From: Candidatus Cloacimonadales bacterium
GTDB lineage: Bacteria; Cloacimonadota; Cloacimonadia; Cloacimonadales; JAIOQZ01
Direction of reading: 5' to 3'
Assembly (NCBI GenBank): GCA_963665815.1
Contig: OY762463.1
Span: 1,952,001-2,016,000, forward strand
DNA: 64,000 bases
Notes under the pieces: model-generated
The model's database searches: none
Seen by the model: the letters and a program-made list of their open reading frames with translations, nothing else
Told to the model about the DNA's origin: nothing
Part shown: positions 1 to 11,055 of the stretch, piece by piece
Layout of the letters: each line of letters opens with the position of its first letter
Numbering within the stretch: position 1 is the first letter of the stretch
Program-made: the position numbers and the translations under genes

Positions 1-787
1 TGGAATCTACCGTTTCTGCCAGAGCTTCTCTTATTTCATTAGAATTTATTGTTAATGTTATAGGATAACCGGTAATAATATCTCGTCCTCGCACATCCAT
101 CTCAAGTTCTTCTTTAAGAGGATAAGCAGAACCTATCTGCATTTTTATTCTTTCTGCAGTCTGAATACCAACATGCAGATTATTCTTCTTTCTCAGATAA
201 TTGACAATGGCTGCATCCATCTTGTCACCACCAAGCCTTATAGAACTATGAACAACAATATGGGACAAAGATATAATAGCAATTTCCGTGGTTCCCCCAC
301 CAATATCCATAACAAGATTTCCAAACGGCTTATGAATAGGTAAATCTGCACCAATTGCAGCAGCTATCGGTTCTGAAACCAGATAAACTTCTCTCGCTCC
401 GGCATGCAATGCAGAGTCTCTTACCGCTCTCTTTTCCACTTCAGTAATTCCTGATGGCACACAGACAATAACTCGGGGCTTTAACAGGAATTTCTTCTTT
501 TGTGCCCGTAGTATTAAATCTCTCAGCATAATTTCCGTAACCTGAAAATCCGCAATAACACCATCTTTCAGGGGTTTGATCACTCTGACTTCATCAGGGC
601 TTTTACCCAGCATCTCTTTCGCTTTGGCTCCAACTTCAATTACTTTCTTTCCGCCATTTCCAAGTGCAACCACTGAAGGTTCATTAATAACAATACCAAC
701 ACCCTTTCTGTAAACAAGCGTATTCGCCGTTCCAAGATCTATTGCAATATCGTTAGTCAATAAATCAAACAGTCTCTTAAAAAACAT
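1..787 (-). CDS. mreB: Rod shape-determining protein MreB (runs off the window start)
   Basis: Manual translation of the minus strand from ATG at 787: MFFKRLFDLLTNDIAIDLGTANTLVY...EPSVVA...PLKDGVIADF...VPSGITEVEKRAV...EPIAAAIGA...DIGGGTTEIA; GGAGG RBS at 791-796 (minus strand). Confidence 0.95.
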   Translation of the reverse strand, partial: MFFKRLFDLLTNDIAIDLGTANTLVYRKGVGIVINEPSVVALGNGGKKVIEVGAKAKEMLGKSPDEVRVIKPLKDGVIADFQVTEIMLRDLILRAQKKKFLLKPRVIVCVPSGITEVEKRAVRDSALHAGAREVYLVSEPIAAAIGADLPIHKPFGNLVMDIGGGTTEIAIISLSHIVVHSSIRLGGDKMDAAIVNYLRKKNNLHVGIQTAERIKMQIGSAYPLKEELEMDVRGRDIITGYPITLTINSNEIREALAETVDS

Positions 788-956
788 TAATCCTCCGCAT
801 GGATTTGATATCCTTGAAGTATTTTGATTCACCGAAATAAAGTCAAGTAAAATCAAGAACTAACATGTATTTATTTATATAAAGTATAGAATTACTAAAT
901 TATTAGCTGTAAATTAATAAAATACTATGCTCTACCTGAACACAATAAAATAAAAA

Positions 957-983
957 TTAGCACTCTAAGATTTAGATTGACAA
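957..983 (+). promoter_or_regulatory. CIRCE-like HrcA operator 1, overlapping the -35 box
   Basis: TTAGCACTC-N9-GATTGACAA versus consensus TTAGCACTC-N9-GAGTGCTAA, directly upstream of hrcA. Confidence 0.8.
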
Positions 984-1005
984 TTTTCATGTCCGTAATT
1001 ATATT
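977..1005 (+). promoter_or_regulatory. sigma70-type promoter of the hrcA operon
   Basis: TTGACA-N17-TATATT. Confidence 0.75.
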
Positions 1006-1013
1006 GTTTATAG

Positions 1014-1040
1014 TTAGCACACGATGTAATAGATTGCTTA
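1014..1040 (+). promoter_or_regulatory. CIRCE-like HrcA operator 2
   Basis: TTAGCACAC-N9-GATTGCTTA (8/9 and 7/9 matches to the CIRCE arms). Confidence 0.8.
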
Positions 1041-1041
1041 A

Positions 1042-2109
1042 ATGGAGTTAATTATGAAAAAGAATGTTATACGGGAAGCGAAAGTACTTAAATCATTAGT
1101 AAATGAGTACATCAATACAAATGAAACTGTAGCTTCGAGCCTTTTATGCAAGAAATACATCCAGAATGTCAGCCCTGCAACAGTGAGAATTGACCTGCAC
1201 AAGCTTGAAAAGAAAGGGTTGATCTGTCAACCTCATACATCCGCAGGAAGAATTCCGACTTTAGTGGGATTCAGAAGATATCTGGAGCTTATTCAGGACG
1301 ATCTTGCAAAAGCCGAATATACAGGAAAAGACATTGTTCGGGATTTTCTCGTTAAAAACTTCAGAGACATCCCTATGGCATTGCACTATATTATGCAGTA
1401 TCTTGCCAAAGAAACAGATCAGCTCAGTTTTGTAGCTGAGCCTGAGATTTCCTACGGGTATCTGAAAAAATTAGACGTATTTAAAATCGCTGACAAAAAG
1501 CTGCTTTTCGTGGTCAGTCTGGACTCAGGTATGGACAAAACGGTCCTTCTTAACTCCAGTGCGGACATTTCCGAACAACAGTTGAAGGTGCTTGTGAGAT
1601 ACGCTAATGATGAGCTCATGGGGCTAAGAATCTATGATATTTTAAACCATTATCTTGCACAGATAACTGACGACATGACCAGTTCGAATAAACTGCTCAT
1701 TTCATTCCTGACAGAGCTTTATAAAGCTTTCAGGGAAATCACTAGCTATTTCATCCATTTCGACGGAAACATATCCTTCCTGGAACAGCCTGAATTCAAT
1801 GAAAAAAAGAACATTCTTGTCTTCTTCGATCTTATGCAGAGACAGGACTTCCTTGTTAACAAAATGCAGGAGAATATTGCAGGGAAAGATTTCAGTATTG
1901 CTCTGGGCGAAGACCTTGGCAGACCGGAATGGTTGAACTTTGCTTTAGTTTACTCTAAATATGAACTGTTTGATGTTCCGGGATTCCTGGGAATTCTGGC
2001 ACCAATCAGAATGAACTATATGAAAAACGTCCCGATTGTAAGGGATATTGCCAAAATGATTACAGAGACTACAAAAAAAGGAATGATGGTGCCTCGCTAT
2101 GAAAAATGA
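1042..2109 (+). CDS. hrcA: Heat-inducible transcription repressor HrcA (true start possibly ATG 1054)
   Basis: VSPATVR, LCQPHTSAGRIPT-like and GILAPIRMNY motifs; position before grpE-dnaK-dnaJ. Confidence 0.95.
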   Translation: MELIMKKNVIREAKVLKSLVNEYINTNETVASSLLCKKYIQNVSPATVRIDLHKLEKKGLICQPHTSAGRIPTLVGFRRYLELIQDDLAKAEYTGKDIVRDFLVKNFRDIPMALHYIMQYLAKETDQLSFVAEPEISYGYLKKLDVFKIADKKLLFVVSLDSGMDKTVLLNSSADISEQQLKVLVRYANDELMGLRIYDILNHYLAQITDDMTSSNKLLISFLTELYKAFREITSYFIHFDGNISFLEQPEFNEKKNILVFFDLMQRQDFLVNKMQENIAGKDFSIALGEDLGRPEWLNFALVYSKYELFDVPGFLGILAPIRMNYMKNVPIVRDIAKMITETTKKGMMVPRYEK

Positions 2110-2704
2110 AGAAAAAAAAATACCTGTTGATTCTGAGGAAGACAAACCAGAAAAAGTGAAGGAAAAGAAAAAGTCTTCAAAGAAAAAGAAAACATCATTA
2201 AAAGATCAGGTTTCAACCCTCGAAATCGAGAAACAGGAATTGAAAGATAAGTATCTCAGAACAGCAGCTGAATTTGAAAACTACAGAAGACGCTCAAATG
2301 AAGAAAAAGCTGACTGGATTAAAAATGCCACTCAGAAACTTGTTCTTGAAGTGTGCGATGTTCTGGATAACTTCGAGCGTGCTATAATTACCGGAAAAGA
2401 GAAACATACATACGAATCTTTAATGACCGGAATTGAGCTTATCTTCAAACAGCTTGAAGCTGTTCTGAAAAAAGAAGGTGTGGAAAAAATTGAGGCTCTT
2501 GGTGAGGAATTTGATCCTATGTACCATGAAGCATTAGCGCAGATTCCTTCGGAGCATGAAAAAAATAAAGTAGCAGCTATTATTCAAAATGGTTATAAAA
2601 TGAATAATAAAATCATAAGACCTGTCAGAGTTGCAGTAGCGAATGGAGATATTCCCGCAACTGTAGAAAACAACAATAAACAAGAAAATAATAAAAAAAA
2701 ATAA
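2099..2704 (+). CDS. grpE: Nucleotide exchange factor GrpE
   Basis: [38 protein letters not shown]. Confidence 0.97.
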   Translation: MKNEEKKIPVDSEEDKPEKVKEKKKSSKKKKTSLKDQVSTLEIEKQELKDKYLRTAAEFENYRRRSNEEKADWIKNATQKLVLEVCDVLDNFERAIITGKEKHTYESLMTGIELIFKQLEAVLKKEGVEKIEALGEEFDPMYHEALAQIPSEHEKNKVAAIIQNGYKMNNKIIRPVRVAVANGDIPATVENNNKQENNKKK

Positions 2705-2714
2705 GGAGGAAACA

Positions 2715-4664
2715 ATGGGAAAAATCATAGGTATTGATTTAGGAACCACAAATTCCTGCGTTAGTGTAATGGAAGGTGGAAAACCTGTTGTAATCGCAAA
2801 CCCGGAAGGTGGAAGAACTACTCCATCCGTTATAGGATTTGCAAAAGATGGACAAAAATTAGTAGGTCAACTGGCAAAACGCCAGGCAATCACAAATCCC
2901 CATAACACTGTATTCTCAATAAAAAGATTTATGGGTAGAAACCTCAACGAAGTAGGATCAGAAATTCAGACTGTTCCTTATGTGGTAAAATCCGGACCAT
3001 CCAATCAAGTTGTTGTACATATTGATCAGGATAACAAAGACTACACCCCGCAACAGATTTCAGCATTCACTCTTCAAAAAATGAAAGAAACCGCTGAAGC
3101 TTACCTCGGACAAGAAGTTAAAGAAGCTGTTATCACGGTACCGGCTTACTTCAATGATGCCCAGAGACAGGCAACCAAAGATGCTGGTAAAATTGCAGGA
3201 CTTGATGTAAAAAGAATCATCAACGAACCTACTGCTGCAGCACTTGCTTACGGAATGGAAAGTAAAAAAGAAGAGAAAGTAGCTGTATACGACCTTGGTG
3301 GAGGTACATTCGATATCTCTATCCTTGATATTTCCGAAGGTGTTGTAGAAGTACTTTCAACCAACGGTGACACTCACCTTGGTGGTGATGACTTTGATAA
3401 AATTATTATCGACTGGATGATTGATAAATTTAAAGCACAGGAAGGTGTTGATCTTTCCGGTGATGCTATGGCTAAACAAAGACTTAAAGAAGCTGCTGAA
3501 AAAGCTAAGATTGAACTTTCTGGAACTCAAACTACAAACATCAATCTTCCGTTTATCACTGCAGACGCTTCCGGCCCTAAACACATGAATCTTGATCTTT
3601 CCAAAGCTGAATTCAACAAAATGACAGGTCACCTTGTTGAAAGATCAATTGTTCCATGTCAGAAAGCTCTTCAGGATGCTAAGCTTTCAATAGGCGACAT
3701 CAATGAAGTTATCCTTGTTGGCGGATCTACCAGAATTCCTGCCGTACAGGAAGCCGTAGAAAAATTCTTTGGTAGAAAACCAAGCAAGAATGTTAATCCT
3801 GACGAAGTAGTTTCTATAGGCGCTGCTATTCAGGGCGGTATTCTTTCCGGTGATGAAAATCTGGATGACATCCTTCTTCTCGATGTAACTCCACTCTCAC
3901 TTGGTATTGAAACACTTGGAGCTGTTATGACAGCACTTATTCCGCGTAATACCACAATACCAACTAAGAAAAGCCAGATTTTCTCAACTGCTGCAGACAA
4001 TCAAACGGCTGTATCTATTCACGTACTTCAGGGTGAAAGATCAATGGCATCTGACAACAGAACACTCGGCCGTTTTGATCTCGTAGGTATTCCACCTGCA
4101 CCAAGAGGAGTCCCTCAAATAGAAGTTGTATTCGATATTGATGCAAACGGTATCCTGCACGTATCAGCTAAGGACAAGAGCACAGGCAAAGAGCAATCTA
4201 TTAAGATTGAGCGTGGTGGATCATTAAGCGAAGAAGAAATCGACAGAATGGTAAAAGATGCTGAAGCAAATGCTGAAGAAGATAGGAAACGCAAAGAAAA
4301 CATTACATCACGTAATGAGCTTGACACAATGATCTTCTCAACAGAAAAAGCACTTGAAGAACATAAAGATAAGTTAAGTGCCGATGAAGCTAAAAACATT
4401 GAAGAAGCTATAAAAGAAGCAAAAGATAAGCTCGAAAAAGCTAATTCAAAAGAAGAGTATGACAAGATCAAAGAAGAACTTGCTAAAAAAGCTCAGAAAA
4501 TCGGTGAAATAATGTATCAGAACATGCAGCAGCAACAAGGTGGTCAACCTGGTGCTGAACAGGCAGGACCACAGCCTGAACAGAATACTCAGGAAAGTCA
4601 ACAGAAGCCGGCAGATAACGGTCCGGTCGATGCAGACTTCGAAGTAGTTGATGACGATAAATAA
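2715..4664 (+). CDS. dnaK: Chaperone DnaK (Hsp70)
   Basis: [36 protein letters not shown]. Confidence 0.99.
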   Translation: MGKIIGIDLGTTNSCVSVMEGGKPVVIANPEGGRTTPSVIGFAKDGQKLVGQLAKRQAITNPHNTVFSIKRFMGRNLNEVGSEIQTVPYVVKSGPSNQVVVHIDQDNKDYTPQQISAFTLQKMKETAEAYLGQEVKEAVITVPAYFNDAQRQATKDAGKIAGLDVKRIINEPTAAALAYGMESKKEEKVAVYDLGGGTFDISILDISEGVVEVLSTNGDTHLGGDDFDKIIIDWMIDKFKAQEGVDLSGDAMAKQRLKEAAEKAKIELSGTQTTNINLPFITADASGPKHMNLDLSKAEFNKMTGHLVERSIVPCQKALQDAKLSIGDINEVILVGGSTRIPAVQEAVEKFFGRKPSKNVNPDEVVSIGAAIQGGILSGDENLDDILLLDVTPLSLGIETLGAVMTALIPRNTTIPTKKSQIFSTAADNQTAVSIHVLQGERSMASDNRTLGRFDLVGIPPAPRGVPQIEVVFDIDANGILHVSAKDKSTGKEQSIKIERGGSLSEEEIDRMVKDAEANAEEDRKRKENITSRNELDTMIFSTEKALEEHKDKLSADEAKNIEEAIKEAKDKLEKANSKEEYDKIKEELAKKAQKIGEIMYQNMQQQQGGQPGAEQAGPQPEQNTQESQQKPADNGPVDADFEVVDDDK

Positions 4665-4675
4665 TGATTTAAGGT

Positions 4676-4712
4676 CTCTGAAGCAGTCTTTGAGACTGCT
4701 TCGGAGGTTTTT
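4676..4712 (+). terminator. Intra-operon hairpin/terminator between dnaK and dnaJ
   Basis: CTCTGAAGCAGTCT-ttg-AGACTGCTTCGGAG followed by GTTTTT. Confidence 0.7.
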
Positions 4713-4728
4713 ATATATGAGGTAAGAT

Positions 4729-5889
4729 ATGGCAAAAAGAGATTATTATGAAGTACTGGGACTGGAAAAGTCAGCTTCAGCCAGTGATATAAAAAAAGCA
4801 TACAGAAAACTGGCAATGAAGTACCACCCTGATAAGAACAAAGACAATCCCGAAGCTGAAGAAAAATTCAAGGAAGCTGCAGAAGCCTACGAAGTTCTGA
4901 GTGACGAGGATAAAAAAGCGAAGTATGATAAATTTGGACATGCAGGTCTGGACGGTGCTTTCGGTGGCGGAGGATTTTCCTGGAATGATTTCAGCCATGC
5001 CTCAGAATTTGGTGATATTTTTGACGGATTCAGCAGTATTTTCGAAACCTTTTTCGGTGGTGGTGGAAGAGGAGGATTTTCCAGATCTTATTCTCAAAGC
5101 CAGCCTAATAAGGGAGAAGACCTTCAGATATCACTTTCTCTGACCTTAAAAGAAATTTCTAAAGGTGTTGATAAAAAGATAAAGATAAACTTCAAGGAAT
5201 CCTGTGATATTTGTAACGGAACAGGATCTAAGGATGGGAAATCCAAAACCTGTTCTCAATGTCGCGGTACAGGTCAGGTTCGACAAATGCAAAGATCTTT
5301 GTTTGGTCATATCCAGACAATTGTTGCCTGCCCCAGCTGTCATGGTGAAGGTGTTATTATTGAGAATAAATGCCCTGCCTGCCATGGAGAAGGAAGAAAA
5401 CCGGGATCCAAAACTATCAATGTACACATTCCTGCCGGAGTATCCGAAGGACAATACATCAGAATACGCGGAGAAGGTAACGCCGGACCTCGTGGCGGAA
5501 CTAAGGGTGATATTCTTGTTCAAATCCATGAAAAAGAAGATGATATTTTCGTTAGAGACGGACAGAATCTTATCTGCGAATTCCCGATAAGTTTTTCACA
5601 GGCAGCTCTTGGATCAGATATCATGATTCCAACACTTTTTGGAAAAGTTAAAATGAAAGTGCCAGCAGGAACTCAATCCGGAAAAGTTTTCAGACTAAGA
5701 GCTCAGGGGTTACCAGATGTGAACAGCTCTTACAAGGGTGATCTTTTTGTAAAAATTGTCGTTATGACACCTACCAAACTGAAGCAGGAAGAGAAAGAAC
5801 TCTTTGAGAGACTACAGAGTTTTGACTCTGCCAGAGATCTTAAACCGGGAAAATCATTTTTCCAGAAATTTAAGGAATTCTTTATCTAA
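4729..5889 (+). CDS. dnaJ: Chaperone DnaJ
   Basis: J domain with HPD, G/F-rich region, four CxxCxGxG repeats. Confidence 0.99.
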   Translation: MAKRDYYEVLGLEKSASASDIKKAYRKLAMKYHPDKNKDNPEAEEKFKEAAEAYEVLSDEDKKAKYDKFGHAGLDGAFGGGGFSWNDFSHASEFGDIFDGFSSIFETFFGGGGRGGFSRSYSQSQPNKGEDLQISLSLTLKEISKGVDKKIKINFKESCDICNGTGSKDGKSKTCSQCRGTGQVRQMQRSLFGHIQTIVACPSCHGEGVIIENKCPACHGEGRKPGSKTINVHIPAGVSEGQYIRIRGEGNAGPRGGTKGDILVQIHEKEDDIFVRDGQNLICEFPISFSQAALGSDIMIPTLFGKVKMKVPAGTQSGKVFRLRAQGLPDVNSSYKGDLFVKIVVMTPTKLKQEEKELFERLQSFDSARDLKPGKSFFQKFKEFFI

Positions 5890-6617
5890 TGCCCAGTTTC
5901 TATAATCCTGAATTTAATGTAAAAGATAAATACATAACGCTGCAAGGTGATGAGAACCATCACCTTGTTCACGTTATGAGAAAAAAAACCGGAGAAGCTA
6001 TAGATATTCTGAATGGAAAAGGTATCACTGCACATTGTATAATAGAATCAACTTCAAAGAAGCAGACAAAATGCAAAGTCAGTTCAATACAGGAATCATT
6101 CAGGTCAAAATCCAGAATCAGTACAGCTTTTGCTCTTCTCAAGAACAAGAATGATCACCTGATAATTGAAAAGCTAACTGAACTCGGTGTATCTGAATTT
6201 TACCCTCTGGTCACTGACAGAACGATTAAGCGGCCTAAGGATTCTGTTGTTAAAAAATTCTACAGCACTGCCATGACAGCAGTAAAACAATGCGATAACC
6301 CATTTATTCCTGTGATTCATGAGACATTAGATCTGAAAGACTTCATAAAAAAAATTACATCAACAAATACACAGTTGATTATTGCGTCTGAGTCTGAAGA
6401 AAAAATCTATCTGAAAGATATTGAGCTGGATAATAATGTATGTATTATTATCGGTCCTGAAGGCGGATTCTCTGAATCTGAGCGAACATTTTTTAAAGAA
6501 GGAAATCTTCTCACTGTTTCTCTTGGGAGTCATATTCTTCGAGCGGAAACTGCAGCAATTTCTTTCACTTCCCAATTGATCAACATGATTCAGAGTAATG
6601 GAGAGATTTTCTTTTAG
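5889..6617 (+). CDS. rsmE: 16S rRNA m3U1498 methyltransferase RsmE
   Basis: HHLVHVMR, EKLTELGV, IIGPEGGFS, LGSHILRAETAA. Confidence 0.95.
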   Translation: MPSFYNPEFNVKDKYITLQGDENHHLVHVMRKKTGEAIDILNGKGITAHCIIESTSKKQTKCKVSSIQESFRSKSRISTAFALLKNKNDHLIIEKLTELGVSEFYPLVTDRTIKRPKDSVVKKFYSTAMTAVKQCDNPFIPVIHETLDLKDFIKKITSTNTQLIIASESEEKIYLKDIELDNNVCIIIGPEGGFSESERTFFKEGNLLTVSLGSHILRAETAAISFTSQLINMIQSNGEIFF

Positions 6618-6752
6618 ACGTTTCCCAGCAATATCTCCCGACAGTTATAAATTCTTATCTGTATCACATTTCAGACATTTTTCTTTTTTTTCCTTGCCAT
6701 AAAAAGCATAGAAAACATCTTTGGCTCTCAATATAAACGAACAGGAGATACT

Positions 6753-7313
6753 ATGGCTTCAATGAGTGATATCAGAAACGGAATGATAATTAAATTCAAA
6801 GGTGGACTCTATGAATTTACTGAGTTCCTTCACGTGAAACCAGGTAAAGGTGCTGCTTTTGTTCGCACAAAATTGAGAAATCTCAATACAGGTCAGGTTA
6901 TTGAAAATACTTTCCGTAACAGTGACAGGTTTGAGGAAGTAAGAGTAGAAAAGTCCAAAAAACAGTATTTATATGCTGACACAGATTTCTATGTATTTAT
7001 GGACAACGATACTTACGAACAGCTTTCAGTTCCACGCGATCAACTGGAAGACATCAGTAAATTCCTCATGGATAATATTGATGTCACCATGAGAATGGAT
7101 CCGGAAGGAAACATTATCGGAGTAGAACTTCCGATATCTGTCGTACAGGAAATTGTCGAGTGTGAACCTAATGTAAAAGGCAACACAGCATCCGGAAGCG
7201 GTAAAACTGCAACCACGGAAACCGGCTTATCTTTAACTATACCTTTCTTTGTTGAAAAGGGAGAAAAAGTAAAGATTGACACACGTACCGGTGAATATAT
7301 AGAAAGAGCATAA
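6753..7313 (+). CDS. efp: Elongation factor P
   Basis: HVKPGKGAAFVRTKLRNL, IDTRTGEYIERA. Confidence 0.98.
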   Translation: MASMSDIRNGMIIKFKGGLYEFTEFLHVKPGKGAAFVRTKLRNLNTGQVIENTFRNSDRFEEVRVEKSKKQYLYADTDFYVFMDNDTYEQLSVPRDQLEDISKFLMDNIDVTMRMDPEGNIIGVELPISVVQEIVECEPNVKGNTASGSGKTATTETGLSLTIPFFVEKGEKVKIDTRTGEYIERA

Positions 7314-7373
7314 AAAAAAACTTGACATTGAATACTAAAAAACTAAATTGTAAATGTAAGTCGGAGGATAGAG

Positions 7374-7580
7374 ATGCCAAAAGGTAGAACTTTCAATGCG
7401 AAACTTGCTCACGAACTGAGTACCGAAGGTAAAGTAATTTGCCCTAATTGTAATCAGGAAGTAAAAAGAATAAAGCTCGTAAGAGCCAGGAAGTCCAAAG
7501 CTGAAGGCTGGGCTCCTAAATATGAATTCGCTAAAATTTGTAAATGTAATGAAAAAGATATTTATAGCGGAAAAATTTAA
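7374..7580 (+). CDS. Small basic protein with CxxC and CxC motifs, possibly DUF4295/bL38-like
   Basis: 68 aa, Lys/Arg-rich, GGAGG RBS at 7363-7367, candidate promoter TTGACA-N16-TAAATT at 7322-7349 and a downstream terminator. Confidence 0.7.
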   Translation: MPKGRTFNAKLAHELSTEGKVICPNCNQEVKRIKLVRARKSKAEGWAPKYEFAKICKCNEKDIYSGKI

Positions 7581-7610
7581 AACCTCACACCCTACATAAA
7601 ATGCCCTCCT

Positions 7611-7658
7611 AGAAAAAGCCCAATAGCCGCCCGGCGATTGGGCTTTTCTTTTTTTTTA
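7611..7658 (+). terminator. Rho-independent terminator
   Basis: AAAAGCCCAATAGCCG-cc-CGGCGATTGGGCTTTT followed by a long T tract. Confidence 0.85.
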
Positions 7659-7734
7659 TTTTTCACATTTTGAAAAAAACCATAAAATTTGTTGCATAAA
7701 AATTTCCAGTTTCAAATTATGATGTCATATTAAA

Positions 7735-10700
7735 TTGGAGAATGCTATAATTATGAATAATATACCCACAAAAAAAACTATCTCTCTTTTATTGCTCTTT
7801 CTTATGATAGTAACAATCGCAACTGCAGCTCCTGTTTATCCCGGAGTTGATAATCAAAACTACAGGATTAAACCCGAGAGACCAAGTGAAAGATTCAAAC
7901 CTGTACCCTATACCATGGAAAGATCAAGAGATATTCCCGACAGTATCCTCGTTGTCATGGTTGAATTTGCTGATCTGAAGTTTGTCGCTGACACAACTTC
8001 ATTTGATGGTATACCCCATAACAAATTGTACTTCGAGACATACATGAAACACATGTCAGCTTATTTTCATGATGCTTCTCATGGGAATTATAGTTTAACT
8101 CCAGATAATTATACTGTATACGAAAAAGTAGAATTAAATAAAGATCATACTTATTACGGAGATTATGATGCTGACTCCGGAACGCGAGTAGTATCTCTTA
8201 TGGCAGATATAGTTGCTGCTCTTGATGACGAAATAGACTTCAATGACTATGATTCTTACCTCATATTCCATGCCGGTGCAGGAAGAGAAGCCGACATACA
8301 CGGAACTCACCCTTATGCACTTTCCAGCACTTTTATTGATAGATATGACATTAAAGAATCTTATGAAGCTTCAATTGAAGAAGGTTTTTCCATGAATTCG
8401 AATATTACTGAAAACGGCATTACTACTGCCGATGGAAAAAACCTTTACGAATTTGTTGTTTGTCCAGAGGCAGAAGTCTTTGAAGACTTTACCGAAACTG
8501 ATCCTACCTTGGGTACTCTTGGAGTTATTGCCCATGAATTCGGGCATCAGTTGGGAATGCCTACATTATTCGATAATTACAGTGCAAACGGAAGATCTGC
8601 CGGTATCGGGTACTTTGGAATTATGGGTAATGGTGCCTGGAACGCACTCGGCTATGTCCCCCCTCTCCCCTGTGCCTGGACAAGATACTATATGGGATGG
8701 GAAAATACAGTTGAAATAGATCAATTCGATACTGATCTTTTTATCAATCATGTAAGCGATACTATAAATACGAATAATAAACTCTATAAAATAGACATTT
8801 CAGAAACCGAATATTTTCTTATTGAGAATAGACAGCAGAATCCGGACAGCAGCCGCAGCATTAATGGAGCACCGAGTTTTACATTCAGACTCCACCCTAC
8901 CGAACAGAAATATTATGAAGATGGGCATCCTAATGCAGGAGATCCAAAATTTGATTTTATGATCAACACATATAAAGGGTGCGAATGGGACTTTTATCTT
9001 CCTGGTTACGGTGACCCGATGATTTTCAAGAATGGTGAACCAATAGATGGTTCCGGCTTGCTGATCTGGCATATTGATGAGACAATAATCAACCTGTTGT
9101 TCAAAGATGATTTTGAATACAGTTATGTGAACGGCGATGCGGAACATAAAGGTGTTGACCTCGAAGAAGCTGACGGTGTACAGAATCTTGACTACTACAT
9201 CCCACCAAGTACATACAGACAGGGATCTCCTCTTGATGCCTACCGCAAAGGGAATAATGATTATTTTGGCTTTGACCGATACAGAGGTAATCCTGCATTA
9301 ATATCAACACCCACAAGTGAAGGAAACTATGGTAAAACAGAAATTGAAATATATGACATCAGTTATTCAGGGAATCAAATGTCATTCAAAGCCAGCAACA
9401 GTTGGAGCAAAGATGTACTGGATGTAGATTTCCCAAGAATAACATGTAATATCCTAAGCGGTCCTGATTATTGGTTTTACAAGTCTTACATTTTTGGTGT
9501 CACCGAAGATGGTCAGATGGAAATCATTGGTGATGAAGTGGAAAATACATACGACCTACAGACTATGTCTTCGATTACATCCATCAGAGTAATTGGCAAA
9601 CCTGTATTCAATGAACAGGAAAAACATATATTGGTACCTGTGAAATACTCCATAGACGGAACGGATAAGTTTGGAGTAATTGTAGTTAAATCACTTCCTG
9701 ATTTCTCTGAGATTGAGATTATTGAAGTGAGAAACACAGATCAGAATCTGGAACTCAGTCAGCACATTATGGTTAATAATTATTCTTATGCGAACTACAG
9801 ATTATGTGTACCATTTGAGGATAATGGAGAACAAGTACTATACTTCTTTGATTCGGATTATAGCTTTTTAGAATCGGTAAACGTCGGAACAGGAACACTC
9901 GCAGGTGAAATTGTGGCAGGGCTTGCAATCAGTTTCGTTGTTACCTTCAACAATAATGCTTACACAATGAATGTACTTACTGCAGACGGCAGTCTGTCAA
10001 ATTATGAGCTTCAGGAAATCACATTTGCAGATACTATACTCCACTGTTCAGGTGCAGATATGATTGATAACGGCAATGGTGTCGAAGAAATAGTGATAGT
10101 TACCAAAAACCGTAAAATGTTTATCTATAACTCTCAAGGAGAACTGGAAGCTCAGAATAATGTAGAGATTCCTCTCAACACTATCTCCCAACCGGCTATT
10201 GGCGATGTTTCTCATAATGGTAATCTGGATATAGTAATTGGAGGGGAAAATTCCTTTGCAGTATACAATGCACAGGGTGTTCTTATAAGCAGCCCATATT
10301 ATTCCGTGGATTATCCTGATACAAGCAATGTTGCTGCCCCTTTCATTTTATTTGATTATAATCCCAATTATAATTTAGATTATATTAATGGTGCATATAT
10401 GCCTTCCAATCCTTATTATGGTCCGGACATCTTCGGTTATACATCCCTGAACAGACTGGGAGGATGGGACTACCATAATGAATACATAACGGGCTATCCT
10501 GTTACGGCTGTCCATAAGTTCAACTCAGCCCCATTAGTATTTTTCTCGAAGATAATCTTAGATGGTGAAGATGAGCCTGAGTGTGCAACATATTTCTACC
10601 ATGATGAAGGAAATAAACTTACCAGAACATTGATAATAGACATGGGGCAGAATGCGGGAACAGGCTGGTTAATGGAAAATGCCAACAGTGGCAGAACATC

Positions 10701-11031
10701 TTTTAATTACAAACCAATGAAATACAACAGTTATAATACAGCATCATTATTTGTGCCGGATGAAGTCTATATCTTCCCTAATCCCGTAACGAGAGTTAAT
10801 GATGGAGACTTGAAATTTAACTTAATGGTAAACAAAGATGCTGAAGTTCAAATAAAAATATTTGACATTGCAGCTAACTTAATTGCAAAAAGAACTGTGA
10901 AATGTAATGCTTATGAGAAAAACAGAGATAAGTTCATTCTGAATACATCAAAACTGTCTTCAGGAGTTTACATTGCAGTAATTAAAGCCGGAGGTGAACA
11001 GAAAACCTTGAAGTTTGCCATAGAGAAATAA
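7735..11031 (+). CDS. Secreted M6 (immune inhibitor A-like) metalloprotease with FG-GAP-like repeats and a T9SS/FlgD-type C-terminal domain
   Basis: Signal peptide; IFHAGAG, HEFGHQLGMPTLFD, GIMGNGAWN, EYFLIENRQ, GLLIWHID; C-terminal IFPNP...LSSGVYIAVI...LKFAIEK. Confidence 0.85.
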   Translation: MENAIIMNNIPTKKTISLLLLFLMIVTIATAAPVYPGVDNQNYRIKPERPSERFKPVPYTMERSRDIPDSILVVMVEFADLKFVADTTSFDGIPHNKLYFETYMKHMSAYFHDASHGNYSLTPDNYTVYEKVELNKDHTYYGDYDADSGTRVVSLMADIVAALDDEIDFNDYDSYLIFHAGAGREADIHGTHPYALSSTFIDRYDIKESYEASIEEGFSMNSNITENGITTADGKNLYEFVVCPEAEVFEDFTETDPTLGTLGVIAHEFGHQLGMPTLFDNYSANGRSAGIGYFGIMGNGAWNALGYVPPLPCAWTRYYMGWENTVEIDQFDTDLFINHVSDTINTNNKLYKIDISETEYFLIENRQQNPDSSRSINGAPSFTFRLHPTEQKYYEDGHPNAGDPKFDFMINTYKGCEWDFYLPGYGDPMIFKNGEPIDGSGLLIWHIDETIINLLFKDDFEYSYVNGDAEHKGVDLEEADGVQNLDYYIPPSTYRQGSPLDAYRKGNNDYFGFDRYRGNPALISTPTSEGNYGKTEIEIYDISYSGNQMSFKASNSWSKDVLDVDFPRITCNILSGPDYWFYKSYIFGVTEDGQMEIIGDEVENTYDLQTMSSITSIRVIGKPVFNEQEKHILVPVKYSIDGTDKFGVIVVKSLPDFSEIEIIEVRNTDQNLELSQHIMVNNYSYANYRLCVPFEDNGEQVLYFFDSDYSFLESVNVGTGTLAGEIVAGLAISFVVTFNNNAYTMNVLTADGSLSNYELQEITFADTILHCSGADMIDNGNGVEEIVIVTKNRKMFIYNSQGELEAQNNVEIPLNTISQPAIGDVSHNGNLDIVIGGENSFAVYNAQGVLISSPYYSVDYPDTSNVAAPFILFDYNPNYNLDYINGAYMPSNPYYGPDIFGYTSLNRLGGWDYHNEYITGYPVTAVHKFNSAPLVFFSKIILDGEDEPECATYFYHDEGNKLTRTLIIDMGQNAGTGWLMENANSGRTSFNYKPMKYNSYNTASLFVPDEVYIFPNPVTRVNDGDLKFNLMVNKDAEVQIKIFDIAANLIAKRTVKCNAYEKNRDKFILNTSKLSSGVYIAVIKAGGEQKTLKFAIEK

Positions 11032-11055
11032 AAAAAATCATTCTGGAGGAAATAG

